A stretch of 64,000 nt of DNA from a virus. Its lineage: Duplodnaviria > Heunggongvirae > Uroviricota > Caudoviricetes. Position numbers and translations under genes: made by a program. Of the stretch, positions 46,507 through 55,028 are shown one piece after another. Below the pieces are notes generated by a model. The model ran no database searches and was not told the origin of the DNA. It was given only the letters and a program-made list of their open reading frames with translations. Position 1 is the first letter of the stretch. Every line of letters starts with the position of its first letter. Location of the stretch: IMG/VR virus record IMGVR_UViG_3300043466_001354, one strand, 5' to 3'.

Positions 46507-46836
46507 TCATTTTTCGATGATCCAATCCATATTCATCCAGTCCGTATCTTCTGGCATCATTTCAACTTCGCCTCCATATTCATCTTGTAGCCGCGACCAG
46601 ATATGAGCATTGTTCATACGAAGGCAATACGAAGTCTTGCGGCACTGGTAGCAAGAACCAGTGGAACCATAGAAGTTGAAGCAGTGTTTGTCCTCGGTGA
46701 CTCGAACAATACCACTGTTCATACGCCAAGAGTCACCAGTGGTGTAACCGCCGGACCAACCAGCAAGAACACGATAGTGAGGATCATCACCTTTGAATTT
46801 GATCACGACCCAGTTATCAGGAAAATAGTTTCTCAT
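46507..46836 (-). CDS. Hypothetical protein
   Basis: 109-aa ORF. Confidence 0.4.
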   Translation of the reverse strand: MRNYFPDNWVVIKFKGDDPHYRVLAGWSGGYTTGDSWRMNSGIVRVTEDKHCFNFYGSTGSCYQCRKTSYCLRMNNAHIWSRLQDEYGGEVEMMPEDTDWMNMDWIIEK

Positions 46837-47123
46837 TAATAGTTCCTTGGCAACTCGATGTTACGAATCATATCCAGCATCTTGTCTTTCGCCTTGCGGA
46901 ACGTGTCTTGAGCCCAGTGAATCGTGTTTTCCCAGTCAGTCACTTCTTCAATCATTTTATCAAGGATTTCTTTCGTCTCAAAACCATCAGTACCAACTTC
47001 TCTGATGCGGTTGAGAGCATTTTCCTTGATCTTTTTAATCTCATTCTGAGCCTTCGTGTAGTCACGGGCAGCTTGTTCGAGTTCAAACGTAAGACGTTCA
47101 AAATTACGATTGTCGATCATCAT
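46836..47123 (-). CDS. Hypothetical coiled-coil protein
   Basis: 95-aa ORF. Confidence 0.4.
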   Translation of the reverse strand: MMIDNRNFERLTFELEQAARDYTKAQNEIKKIKENALNRIREVGTDGFETKEILDKMIEEVTDWENTIHWAQDTFRKAKDKMLDMIRNIELPRNY

Positions 47124-47280
47124 TTAGCATCCTTTACTTTAATATTGCCGCAGTGATCGCACTGCAACGTATAGCGATCACACGACCCTTTTGAAAAGTC
47201 GGTTTCATAATCAACTCTAAGTTTATCAATGATCTTCCACTTATGGATATGACCAAAGAAGAGTAGTTGAATTAGACGAA

Positions 47281-47673
47281 TCATTCCTTCACCTCATATA
47301 CTGGAATTCCAGCTTTCTTTCCTTGTCGAATCATATCAGCGGTACCTTTACCACCTCTAAAAGCTATTATAACATGCGGTTGCCCAGATGTCAACATTAA
47401 TTTATTGCGAATTGGTCCTGCAGATCTTCCATGATTTGCCCAGTCTGCAGGAAATGATAGAACCTTAAGCGATCTCTCTCTTGCGTATTGATCTGCGAGA
47501 AGATCCGCCCCTCGTGCGTTTCCATGAATGATGACCAGAACTTTTTCTGCATTCCGGACTCCTTCATGTACTGCGTCAAGTACTCTTCTAAGTCGAACGG
47601 AGTCTGAATAGTCTCTGCCTCCGCAGACGAGGACTCGGAACTCATCACCATCCATCCTTGAAATTGACTCCAC
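47281..47673 (-). CDS. DUF2493 / SLOG-family Rossmann-fold protein
   Basis: VCGGRDY, IIHGNARGAD, GPIRN, AFRGGKGT motifs. Confidence 0.5.
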   Translation of the reverse strand: MESISRMDGDEFRVLVCGGRDYSDSVRLRRVLDAVHEGVRNAEKVLVIIHGNARGADLLADQYARERSLKVLSFPADWANHGRSAGPIRNKLMLTSGQPHVIIAFRGGKGTADMIRQGKKAGIPVYEVKE

Positions 47674-47890
47674 GAATGAGTATTTCGATTAGTTTATCAA
47701 TCTTATTGTTCACGTCGTCAACGTCGGTCACTCGCGTAAAACGAATATCATTCAATTCGTCAAGCAGATTTGATACTTGTGCGTTATGTCTTGCGACCAT
47801 CATAGGAACTTCTTTATCGGTTCCTTGCTTACGCCATTGCTTAACCTGTTCTACAGTGACAGGAGTATGTCCAATAATACTATACATCAT
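47645..47890 (-). CDS. Hypothetical protein
   Basis: 81-aa ORF. Confidence 0.4.
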   Translation of the reverse strand: MMYSIIGHTPVTVEQVKQWRKQGTDKEVPMMVARHNAQVSNLLDELNDIRFTRVTDVDDVNNKIDKLIEILIRGVNFKDGW

Positions 47891-47891
47891 C

Positions 47892-48095
47892 TCAGTACCC
47901 TTGCTTGATCAAGAAGTTCTTCATAGCTGTAGCTTCTTCTGCAGTCATAGTAAAGCTGGCTCGTTGACTATCCCAACCGTTGTCTTCATTCGTAGTGATC
48001 ATAATATCACCACCCGCAAACACATAGGCTTCTACGCTGCGGCCACCACCAGAGACTTCAAAACTACGATCATCTTCAAAAACACGATCAGTCAT
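47892..48095 (-). CDS. Hypothetical early protein
   Basis: 67-aa ORF downstream of a promoter cassette. Confidence 0.45.
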   Translation of the reverse strand: MTDRVFEDDRSFEVSGGGRSVEAYVFAGGDIMITTNEDNGWDSQRASFTMTAEEATAMKNFLIKQGY

Positions 48096-48124
48096 GATAG
48101 GTTCCTCTCGTTCCTTATAGAATC

Positions 48125-48153
48125 AGTATAAACCATTTCGCAACGAATGTAAA
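48125..48153 (-). promoter_or_regulatory. Early promoter cassette, diverged copy (TTTACA-17-TATACT)
   Basis: Shares the acgaatgtaaa and ttcctt leader core. Confidence 0.5.
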
Positions 48154-48160
48154 CAACTTT

Positions 48161-48811
48161 TTAGAGTTCAACGTCCACGTGATCGTATATTCCTATACAA
48201 TGAAACAGGGTTCTTCCAGATTTATATTGCATCGTATTGTGCCAATGACCAAAATACCAACTTTCCGGTTGATGAAGCTCGAATAGTTTCTGCAAGAAGT
48301 CGCCAGTTCGAGTGTTGTATCGAGGTCCTTTTAGAAATCCGGTGTTCCAGAACATTTCAGTGGCGATGTTATGCGGGCAGTCGTGAGTAATCATAATCCG
48401 AGGCTTGACTGCCAGATATGTATCTAACATCAAGTCAAACTGTTCATCCGAACACTCTTCGTCTTCCCACCAGTCAAGATCCTTAGTACGTTTGTACCAG
48501 CCAGGAGGAGCATCAGGGTTATCAATGCTCCATGCACCACCGATGAACATCACATCGTTCTCTACAGTGCCGTCCTTGATCCAGCCAACCATCTCTTTGC
48601 ACTTAGCAGGGTTGTCGTGGTTGCCACGGATGAAGCGGTGAGTGCCATCAGAATGAAAGCTATTGATACTCTCGTGCCAATAGTCCGACTGACCAAAGCC
48701 TACGCCAAAGTCACCGATCTGAATCGTAGGACCTTCGAAATTATTAATGCCATATACTTTGTATTCAGCCATCTGGCCGTGGATATCGCCAATCAGTCGT
48801 GTAAGTGTCAT
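48161..48811 (-). CDS. Ser/Thr protein phosphatase-family metallophosphoesterase
   Basis: GDIHG, GDFG, GNHD, GHWH motifs. Confidence 0.7.
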   Translation of the reverse strand: MTLTRLIGDIHGQMAEYKVYGINNFEGPTIQIGDFGVGFGQSDYWHESINSFHSDGTHRFIRGNHDNPAKCKEMVGWIKDGTVENDVMFIGGAWSIDNPDAPPGWYKRTKDLDWWEDEECSDEQFDLMLDTYLAVKPRIMITHDCPHNIATEMFWNTGFLKGPRYNTRTGDFLQKLFELHQPESWYFGHWHNTMQYKSGRTLFHCIGIYDHVDVEL

Positions 48812-49023
48812 CGTTTCCTCATCTTCTCATAAATGTGGTAGCCCATCGTTCCAGGCGCATGGGTTGAAAACGTTGCTAGGATAAAGTCAACCTCTTCTGG
48901 AATCAAATCACCAGGAACAAACTCATCATCTTCAACGACTCGATACCCACGATCTTCGATTTCATCGATCAAGTCATCGTCATCGAATTCTCTTAGGCTT
49001 ATGTCAATTGTTGCGTATGCCAT
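48808..49023 (-). CDS. Hypothetical acidic protein
   Basis: 71-aa ORF. Confidence 0.4.
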   Translation of the reverse strand: MAYATIDISLREFDDDDLIDEIEDRGYRVVEDDEFVPGDLIPEEVDFILATFSTHAPGTMGYHIYEKMRKR

Positions 49024-49024
49024 C

Positions 49025-49198
49025 TTACACCTTTATCTGGTTAATCTTTTCTTCGATAACATCGAGACGACGCAACACGTCTTCGAACAACTCAGCAATC
49101 GTCGGCTCTTGTTCATGGATTGCCATAGGTTCGTACTGCTGAGTGTTCATATTATCACCTTCAACCCACATGATGTCTTTCAGTTTTTTGATATACAT
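49025..49198 (-). CDS. Small protein (57 aa; below the ORF-track cutoff)
   Basis: TAAGATG stop-start coupling with 48808..49023. Confidence 0.3.
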   Translation of the reverse strand: MYIKKLKDIMWVEGDNMNTQQYEPMAIHEQEPTIAELFEDVLRRLDVIEEKINQIKV

Positions 49199-49209
49199 GT
49201 CTCTTCTCC

Positions 49210-50310
49210 TTACGATTTGACTAGAGTAATTTTTTCAGAAGCTCGAGTGATTGCAGTATACAACCACCTTTGCCAGTCGTCTCGGAAACACCAAGACTCG
49301 TCATATATGAGAACATTTTCCCACTGCGAACCCTGCGACTTATGACACGTGATCGCGTATCCAAAGTCGAACTCTTGACTTCCTTTTAAGAACTTCCAAT
49401 CTGGAACTGCAACTTCTGAACTAAAGAAGCTCTTATGAACCTTTACCATCACAGGAAGACTCGTGTCGTCGTCTTCTGGATTGAGACTCATATTCAGAAA
49501 GCTAGTCTTATACTTTGACTCAAAGACACGATCCACATTAAACATACCGCCGTTAAAGATTGCTCGATCGCGATCGTTACGAAGGCAGATGAGTTTTTCT
49601 CCTTTGATTGGATACTCATCATAGATCTTTAGAAGTTTGCGAACCTTTAAGTTCATCGTGTCACGAGTCGCATTCCTTCCTACGAGGATCTGGCTCGCCT
49701 CGAGTGCATCAGTCGAGGACACCTTCGAAACGATACGAGAATCTCCGTAGTCACCAATGTCTGGTTGAATTCCTTGGCGAACCTGAGACGCAAGATAGAC
49801 GATTGGATTGTCTTGTGCTTGACGATGGATCTCAGTCAACATAACGTCAGGCTTTGCTTCTGTGAAGAAACCAGCTCCTGAGACTGGAGGCAGCTGAGCC
49901 GGATCTCCTAGAACCAAGACAGGAACTCCAAACGAAAGAAGATCCTTCGCCAGTTCTTCGTCAACCATCGAACACTCGTCAATGATCAAAAGAGATGCTT
50001 CCTTGAGCATGCTCTCTTTATTCAGACGCCACCAAACCTCGCCCGTCTTTTTGTCCGGTTCGGCGATATAGATTAGACTGTGGATGGTTCTTGCACCTTC
50101 GCAACCACGCTTTCTCATTACGAGCGCAGCTTTACCGGTGAATGCCGCAAACAAGACGAGACCGTCAATGTTTTGAGCGAAGTGTGTGGCCAGTGTAGTT
50201 TTTCCCGTGCCAGCATAACCAAAGATGCGAAAGACCTGCTTCTTTTTTGATTCCGTATAGAACCATCTATCGACCGCTTTAAGTGCGGTCTCTTGTTGTG
50301 GTGACCACAT
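49210..50310 (-). CDS. dda: Dda-like SF1 DNA helicase
   Basis: Walker A GYAGTGKTT, DExx IIDECSMV, LGDPAQLPPV and QGSQW motifs. Confidence 0.85.
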   Translation of the reverse strand: MWSPQQETALKAVDRWFYTESKKKQVFRIFGYAGTGKTTLATHFAQNIDGLVLFAAFTGKAALVMRKRGCEGARTIHSLIYIAEPDKKTGEVWWRLNKESMLKEASLLIIDECSMVDEELAKDLLSFGVPVLVLGDPAQLPPVSGAGFFTEAKPDVMLTEIHRQAQDNPIVYLASQVRQGIQPDIGDYGDSRIVSKVSSTDALEASQILVGRNATRDTMNLKVRKLLKIYDEYPIKGEKLICLRNDRDRAIFNGGMFNVDRVFESKYKTSFLNMSLNPEDDDTSLPVMVKVHKSFFSSEVAVPDWKFLKGSQEFDFGYAITCHKSQGSQWENVLIYDESWCFRDDWQRWLYTAITRASEKITLVKS

Positions 50311-50339
50311 AACTGCCCCTTATCTTACCATACAAAACC

Positions 50340-50369
50340 ATAATATCACACAACTAAAGGGTTGTAAAT
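50340..50369 (-). promoter_or_regulatory. Early promoter TTTACA-18-TATTAT upstream of dda
   Basis: Shares the CTATTTACA -35 context with the cassette family. Confidence 0.45.
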
Positions 50370-50385
50370 AGATAAATACTAGCAG

Positions 50386-50607
50386 TTACAAATCTGCACC
50401 CGCAGCATCCCAGTGATAACACGAATATTTCTTTGGCTCATAGCCAACGTACGCCGTCTGAAAATATTCGTTGCTGACGAAAGACGCAATCGCATCTTCG
50501 CATTCTCTTTCAGACTCTAAAATATTTTGATTTGATAGTATGATACAGTTACTTGAGCTTATAGGATTGTCGATAAGACATATCATGATCATTGCTGTAA
50601 ACATCAA
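50386..50607 (-). CDS. Hypothetical protein
   Basis: 73-aa ORF. Confidence 0.35.
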   Translation of the reverse strand: MMFTAMIMICLIDNPISSSNCIILSNQNILESERECEDAIASFVSNEYFQTAYVGYEPKKYSCYHWDAAGADL

Positions 50608-50621
50608 GGGAATCCTTTCAT

Positions 50622-51173
50622 ATGAAAATAACCATGATTTTATTTATATTAACATTCTTAACTGCTTGCACGAATCCTGAATATCTTGCTAAACGTGAAG
50701 AAAAGCTTGCAAAAGAAAATAGTGAAAAGGTGGTTTACTATGCTAGTAACTACGTAGGCATGCATGAGGTAACAGACAGAAAGCAACTAAAGAGTCTAAT
50801 GGGTATGGATCCATCACGTTTCGAGTGGTGCGCCGCCTTCGTAAATTCAATTCTATCCACAAAGGGTATACCAGGATCCGAGTCAGTCAGTAATCATCCT
50901 CTCGTGGCAAAAAGCTTTTTAAAGTGGGGTGAAGAAGTTACTGAGAGTCCTCGACCTGGAGATGTAGTCGTGTTTCCGAGAGGAAGGCAACAGTGGCAAG
51001 GACACGTCGGATTCTTTGTTACTTCCTATGTCGACGAAGGAAAGATGTACTATGTTATTCTTGGTGGAAATCAAGGAAACGAAGTAAGCTACAAGGTATA
51101 TGAAGCAAGAAAGGCCATCTCCGTTAGAAGATGGCCTACAGATGTGAACACAACAGTTATGACTATGAACTAG
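50622..51173 (+). CDS. Secreted lipoprotein with an NlpC/P60-CHAP-like (TIGR02594-type) peptidoglycan hydrolase domain
   Basis: Lipobox LTAC; conserved Cys (EWCAAFVN) and His (GHVGFF) plus GDVVVF; the only plus-strand gene inside the minus-strand block. Confidence 0.55.
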   Translation: MKITMILFILTFLTACTNPEYLAKREEKLAKENSEKVVYYASNYVGMHEVTDRKQLKSLMGMDPSRFEWCAAFVNSILSTKGIPGSESVSNHPLVAKSFLKWGEEVTESPRPGDVVVFPRGRQQWQGHVGFFVTSYVDEGKMYYVILGGNQGNEVSYKVYEARKAISVRRWPTDVNTTVMTMN

Positions 51174-51520
51174 GTCAGCTGCGGATATTTGCCAACAGCG
51201 ACGAAGCCAAAGGTATCGCAGACGAAGCAATCACCGCTATCGTCGATGAAGATATCACCGACAGAACTGGAATAAGCACGGCCGATGCGCTTACCCTTGT
51301 AACGATCACCAATCCCATTCGAAACTTCGAACGCTTCGTCCAGGTCGGTAGTATCGATTTCCCAACCTTTGACGTAGTGCTTCAGATAAGCTTCAGAGAA
51401 CTTAGACTTATCAAAGCCGAACTGCATTCGGTTGCGAACCGTAAAAGCTTCAACCTCACGACCTGCGTTGATAGCGATGATCTGATCGTCGGTCAGTTGG
51501 ATCTGGTAGATGGTAATCAT
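51170..51520 (-). CDS. Hypothetical early protein
   Basis: 116-aa ORF downstream of a promoter cassette, with an AAGGAGG RBS. Confidence 0.5.
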   Translation of the reverse strand: MITIYQIQLTDDQIIAINAGREVEAFTVRNRMQFGFDKSKFSEAYLKHYVKGWEIDTTDLDEAFEVSNGIGDRYKGKRIGRAYSSSVGDIFIDDSGDCFVCDTFGFVAVGKYPQLT

Positions 51521-51549
51521 GGTGGCCTCCTTGCCATTCCTTATATTAT

Positions 51550-51578
51550 CAATCTACACTGATTCTAAACGAATGTAA
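51550..51578 (-). promoter_or_regulatory. Early promoter cassette (TTTACA-17-TAGATT)
   Basis: cactgattctaaacgaatgtaaatag core. Confidence 0.55.
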
Positions 51579-51589
51579 ATAGAAAAGTG

Positions 51590-51775
51590 TTATGATAAAG
51601 ACTTTTTTAGAGTCTCCATAACGTTTTCTGGAAGTTCGCCTGCCTTGAGCGAGTCCTTCATATAGTCATTCTCTGGTTCGTACCCAGGATTATCCACGAT
51701 CATTTGAGCTCTCTTTTGCTCGTATTCTTTCCACTCTTCTGGAGTGATGGTCGGTACAAATTCTATTTCAGCCAT
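51590..51775 (-). CDS. Hypothetical protein
   Basis: 61-aa ORF. Confidence 0.4.
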   Translation of the reverse strand: MAEIEFVPTITPEEWKEYEQKRAQMIVDNPGYEPENDYMKDSLKAGELPENVMETLKKSLS

Positions 51776-52191
51776 GCTATCTTCTTACCCTCTTTAACTC
51801 TTTGATCGTGTTCTTCTACACTTCCTGGATATCTCCATCCCCACACTGCTACGAAGAACATAAACAATGCAGACCACATAACGGCGTTGATGTTCTGAGT
51901 AGCGATCCACAACATAAGAAGTGATACCGACATCGTTCCTATCATAAGGTACTTTGCTTTCGTAGGAAAGACTTTCTTTTCATTCCAATTGGTCAGAAAA
52001 GGACCGAACACACGATGGTTATAGATCCAAGCGTGCATTCGGTTGCTTGACTTTGCAAAACAGATAGCAGCAAGAACTGCTGGCGTACTCCATGGAATAC
52101 CAGGAAGTATGATACCTAGGTATGCAATGCCTAACAGCACGATACCTAGGATCAACCAGAACAATTTCTTTACTTCTGAATACTTACTCAC
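51763..52191 (-). CDS. DUF454 (YbaN-like) inner-membrane protein
   Basis: GIILPGIPWSTPAVLAAICFAKSS...HAW pattern typical of DUF454; multiple TM helices. Confidence 0.5.
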   Translation of the reverse strand: MSKYSEVKKLFWLILGIVLLGIAYLGIILPGIPWSTPAVLAAICFAKSSNRMHAWIYNHRVFGPFLTNWNEKKVFPTKAKYLMIGTMSVSLLMLWIATQNINAVMWSALFMFFVAVWGWRYPGSVEEHDQRVKEGKKIAWLK

Positions 52192-52375
52192 GTTTTTCTT
52201 CCATACGCAGCCTTACCTGACAATATATATTAGTCCAAAGATCCCAGATAAGAGCAAAAAGTAAACTTATGCCTATCTGCAGCCAAAAAGTCTCTGCTAT
52301 CGCAGCATTTATAATCAATCCTGTTAAAAGATCGGCAACCAGAAAGGCCATCGCATAGTCATACCATCGAATCAT
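52184..52375 (-). CDS. Small membrane protein
   Basis: Two hydrophobic helices. Confidence 0.4.
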   Translation of the reverse strand: MIRWYDYAMAFLVADLLTGLIINAAIAETFWLQIGISLLFALIWDLWTNIYCQVRLRMEEKRE

Positions 52376-52866
52376 AGTTTACTTCCAACACGATAAAAGA
52401 CATGACCACCATAGTATCCTACTTTTGTATAGTGTTTAGCCCAATGAGGCTTTACACGTTTTGTGTGATAGTGTGTGGCGTTAGTACCAATTAGGTCTGC
52501 GGTACCATCAACTAGACCAGTCGCAATCTCTACTGATTCAGACCACAACTCTCGATCACGAGGCATATCAGATCTACCATCGCAGTACCAAGAGAACTGA
52601 CATTTTCCACGAAGTGGATTACCGTTAGAATCGGTTTTCGCCTGATAGACTACATCGCATATGGTACTTGGAAAGAGGTTATTTCCTGCTCGATTAAGTG
52701 TTACTTCACCGACCATCTGCATTGCATCGCTTCCTTCACCTCTTGCCTCGTGATACATGTTGAGTGCCAGAGCATGAATTTTATCCTCTGTGTCACAAGC
52801 CGAAGCATATGCCAAAGAAGAACTTAAAAGCATGGTTAACGTAAATGTTAGTGTTGATAAACGCAT
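52372..52866 (-). CDS. SleB-like cell-wall hydrolase (Hydrolase_2 family) with a signal peptide
   Basis: LALNMYHEARGE ... VGEVTLNR ... FPSTICDVVYQ signature of the SleB/CwlJ family. Confidence 0.7.
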   Translation of the reverse strand: MRLSTLTFTLTMLLSSSLAYASACDTEDKIHALALNMYHEARGEGSDAMQMVGEVTLNRAGNNLFPSTICDVVYQAKTDSNGNPLRGKCQFSWYCDGRSDMPRDRELWSESVEIATGLVDGTADLIGTNATHYHTKRVKPHWAKHYTKVGYYGGHVFYRVGSKL

Positions 52867-52890
52867 TAGATTTCCTGTTCGTTGTTTCGA

Positions 52891-53085
52891 TTACGAAGCT
52901 TCAACCCAATCGTTTTGCATTTGAATAATCATCTGCAGTTCAACACGTTCAGCAACTTCTTCGTAGTTCTGAGCGACATCAATAATGGCTTCTAGGATTT
53001 GTTGGCGACTATAACCAAAGGAGTCTGCCCGACGAGCCAAACTACGCATTTTACGGGCAAACTCAATCGCGGATTGAAGTTCCAT
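52891..53085 (-). CDS. Hypothetical early protein
   Basis: 64-aa ORF downstream of a promoter-like element. Confidence 0.4.
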   Translation of the reverse strand: MELQSAIEFARKMRSLARRADSFGYSRQQILEAIIDVAQNYEEVAERVELQMIIQMQNDWVEAS

Positions 53086-53117
53086 TGTATTTATCCCTTA
53101 TCGGTTTCTGTAATACT

Positions 53118-53146
53118 ACAGTATACCGATTCGGGGACAATGTAAA
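53118..53146 (-). promoter_or_regulatory. Early promoter, diverged (TTTACA-17-TACTGT)
   Basis: Shares the CTATTTACATT -35 context. Confidence 0.4.
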
Positions 53147-53153
53147 TAGAAAA

Positions 53154-54809
53154 TTAGGCTTCGCAGGCTGCGCAGCTGCTTGCCATCACTCTTTTTCTAG
53201 TCAACGACTGCGCAGCAGACATCGAGTAGCTGTAGTAGAGACTCTTAACACCCATTTCATGCGCATATAGGTATAGTTGGTTTATTTCCTTCACGGACAT
53301 GTGAGGATCCAACATGAGGTTAAGGCTTTGCCCCTGATCTATATATTCTTGACGGACAGCCGCATGATCGATGATCGTGTATGGATTGATTTCTGCGAAC
53401 GTCTTGAATACATCCTTCTCTTCCTGAGACAAGAAGCTTAGGTGTTGAACGGAACCGTCTGCTATCTTAATGGAGTCCCAAACTTCTTCCGTGTCCATAC
53501 CTTTTTCCTGAAGCAGCTGAAGAAGATAAGGGTTCTTAATCGTAACCTTCATCTTTGCGAGATCCTTCACGTAGCAGTTAGAGAACTCTGGCTCGATGGA
53601 TTGACTTACTTGACCAAGGATGAACGAGCTGCTCTTTGTTGGAGCGATAGCCATCGTAGTCGTATTGCGCATTCCGTAACCAACAAGAAGAGGAGCCTCG
53701 CCAAACATTTCTGCGAGAACTTTAGAAGCTCTATGGCTCTGTTCACGAAGGACCTTTGCGATCTCAAGATTCTTTTGAGCGGCTTCTTTTGACTCAAATG
53801 CAATCATCTTTGACTGAAGATATGAATGCCATCCAAGTATTCCTACACCAAGTGCTCTGTGATTGATTGCGAACTGACGAGCTCTCTTGAGATATTCTTG
53901 GCCTTCAGTCTTACGAATGAACTCCTCGCATACTGTGTCGAGGAAATAAGTCATGACTTCGATCGCATCGGTCTTAATGATCTCATCCCAATGAAGAACG
54001 TTGATTGACGATAGAACGCAAGTAAAGGTTTCTTCTACGGAAGAAGGAAGCGCGATCTCAATACACATGTTCGATGCATGGATCTTGAGGTCTTTATCCT
54101 TATATACTTGAGGCTTGTTATTGTTAACATTATCTCCGAAGAGAACATATGGATAACCAATCTCAGAACGACGCTGAAGAACCTTTGCCCAAAGACGACG
54201 TTTTTCTGCGTCTCCATCCTTCATTGCCTGAATGAATTCGTTTGAAACAACAACACCGGTCGTTAGTCCCTGAATTGGATTTCCTTCCGTTCCGATGTCA
54301 AGAAACTCGTCTGCGTCTGGGTGATCGATGTCGTGATATGCAGCAAAGAAGCCACGACGAACAGAACCCTGAGATACGACTGAAGCCAACGAATCATATA
54401 GCTGCATAAAGTGCACAGAACCCGAAGACTCGCCCGAGTCACGAATAGGAGCACCACGATGACGTACTGCACCGAAGTAACCGGAAGTACCTCCGCCGTT
54501 CTTCATAAGCATTCCGTTCTCGGCGACACCGTATAGAATGGATTCCATGTTATCGTCGATGTAAGAACCAAAGCAGGATACTGGAAGTCCTCTTTCCTTA
54601 CCATAGTTTGCCCAGACTGGCGACGACAGAGAGTAGAAACCACGAGCCATGTAGTCATAGAACTTGTCAGCATATCCTGGCATGGTCAAATACTTTTCTG
54701 CAGTATCAGCAATCGCACGAATGCGTTCCTCAGGAGTTTCACCTTCGCTTAGATATCCGCGAGACAAAAACTTTCTTGAGTCATCGTTGAGCCAATAGAA
54801 TTTTTCCAT
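53154..54809 (-). CDS. nrdA: Ribonucleotide reductase large subunit NrdA (class I, no ATP-cone)
   Basis: Catalytic NxCxE motif SNMCIEI; Gly-rich effector regions; 551 aa with the N-terminal cone absent. Confidence 0.8.
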   Translation of the reverse strand: MEKFYWLNDDSRKFLSRGYLSEGETPEERIRAIADTAEKYLTMPGYADKFYDYMARGFYSLSSPVWANYGKERGLPVSCFGSYIDDNMESILYGVAENGMLMKNGGGTSGYFGAVRHRGAPIRDSGESSGSVHFMQLYDSLASVVSQGSVRRGFFAAYHDIDHPDADEFLDIGTEGNPIQGLTTGVVVSNEFIQAMKDGDAEKRRLWAKVLQRRSEIGYPYVLFGDNVNNNKPQVYKDKDLKIHASNMCIEIALPSSVEETFTCVLSSINVLHWDEIIKTDAIEVMTYFLDTVCEEFIRKTEGQEYLKRARQFAINHRALGVGILGWHSYLQSKMIAFESKEAAQKNLEIAKVLREQSHRASKVLAEMFGEAPLLVGYGMRNTTTMAIAPTKSSSFILGQVSQSIEPEFSNCYVKDLAKMKVTIKNPYLLQLLQEKGMDTEEVWDSIKIADGSVQHLSFLSQEEKDVFKTFAEINPYTIIDHAAVRQEYIDQGQSLNLMLDPHMSVKEINQLYLYAHEMGVKSLYYSYSMSAAQSLTRKRVMASSCAACEA

Positions 54810-54812
54810 TTA

Positions 54813-55016
54813 TTATTCCTTAAAATATGTATTAATAATTTCGAGTTGATCGTGGTACTTTGCCATCTCCTCGAGTTCCTTTTCTATTGTGTCCATGATA
54901 TCTGAATGCTCACCAACTCCGACTGGATTATTCAAATAGATTTCAACGTTTACCTTATGCTTATTGATATGCGCAATCGCGTGGTCTCGAAGCGCAATTA
55001 AGATTTCTTTTCTCAT
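54813..55016 (-). CDS. Hypothetical small protein between nrdB and nrdA
   Basis: 67-aa ORF. Confidence 0.4.
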   Translation of the reverse strand: MRKEILIALRDHAIAHINKHKVNVEIYLNNPVGVGEHSDIMDTIEKELEEMAKYHDQLEIINTYFKE

Positions 55017-55028
55017 TATATGTTCTCC

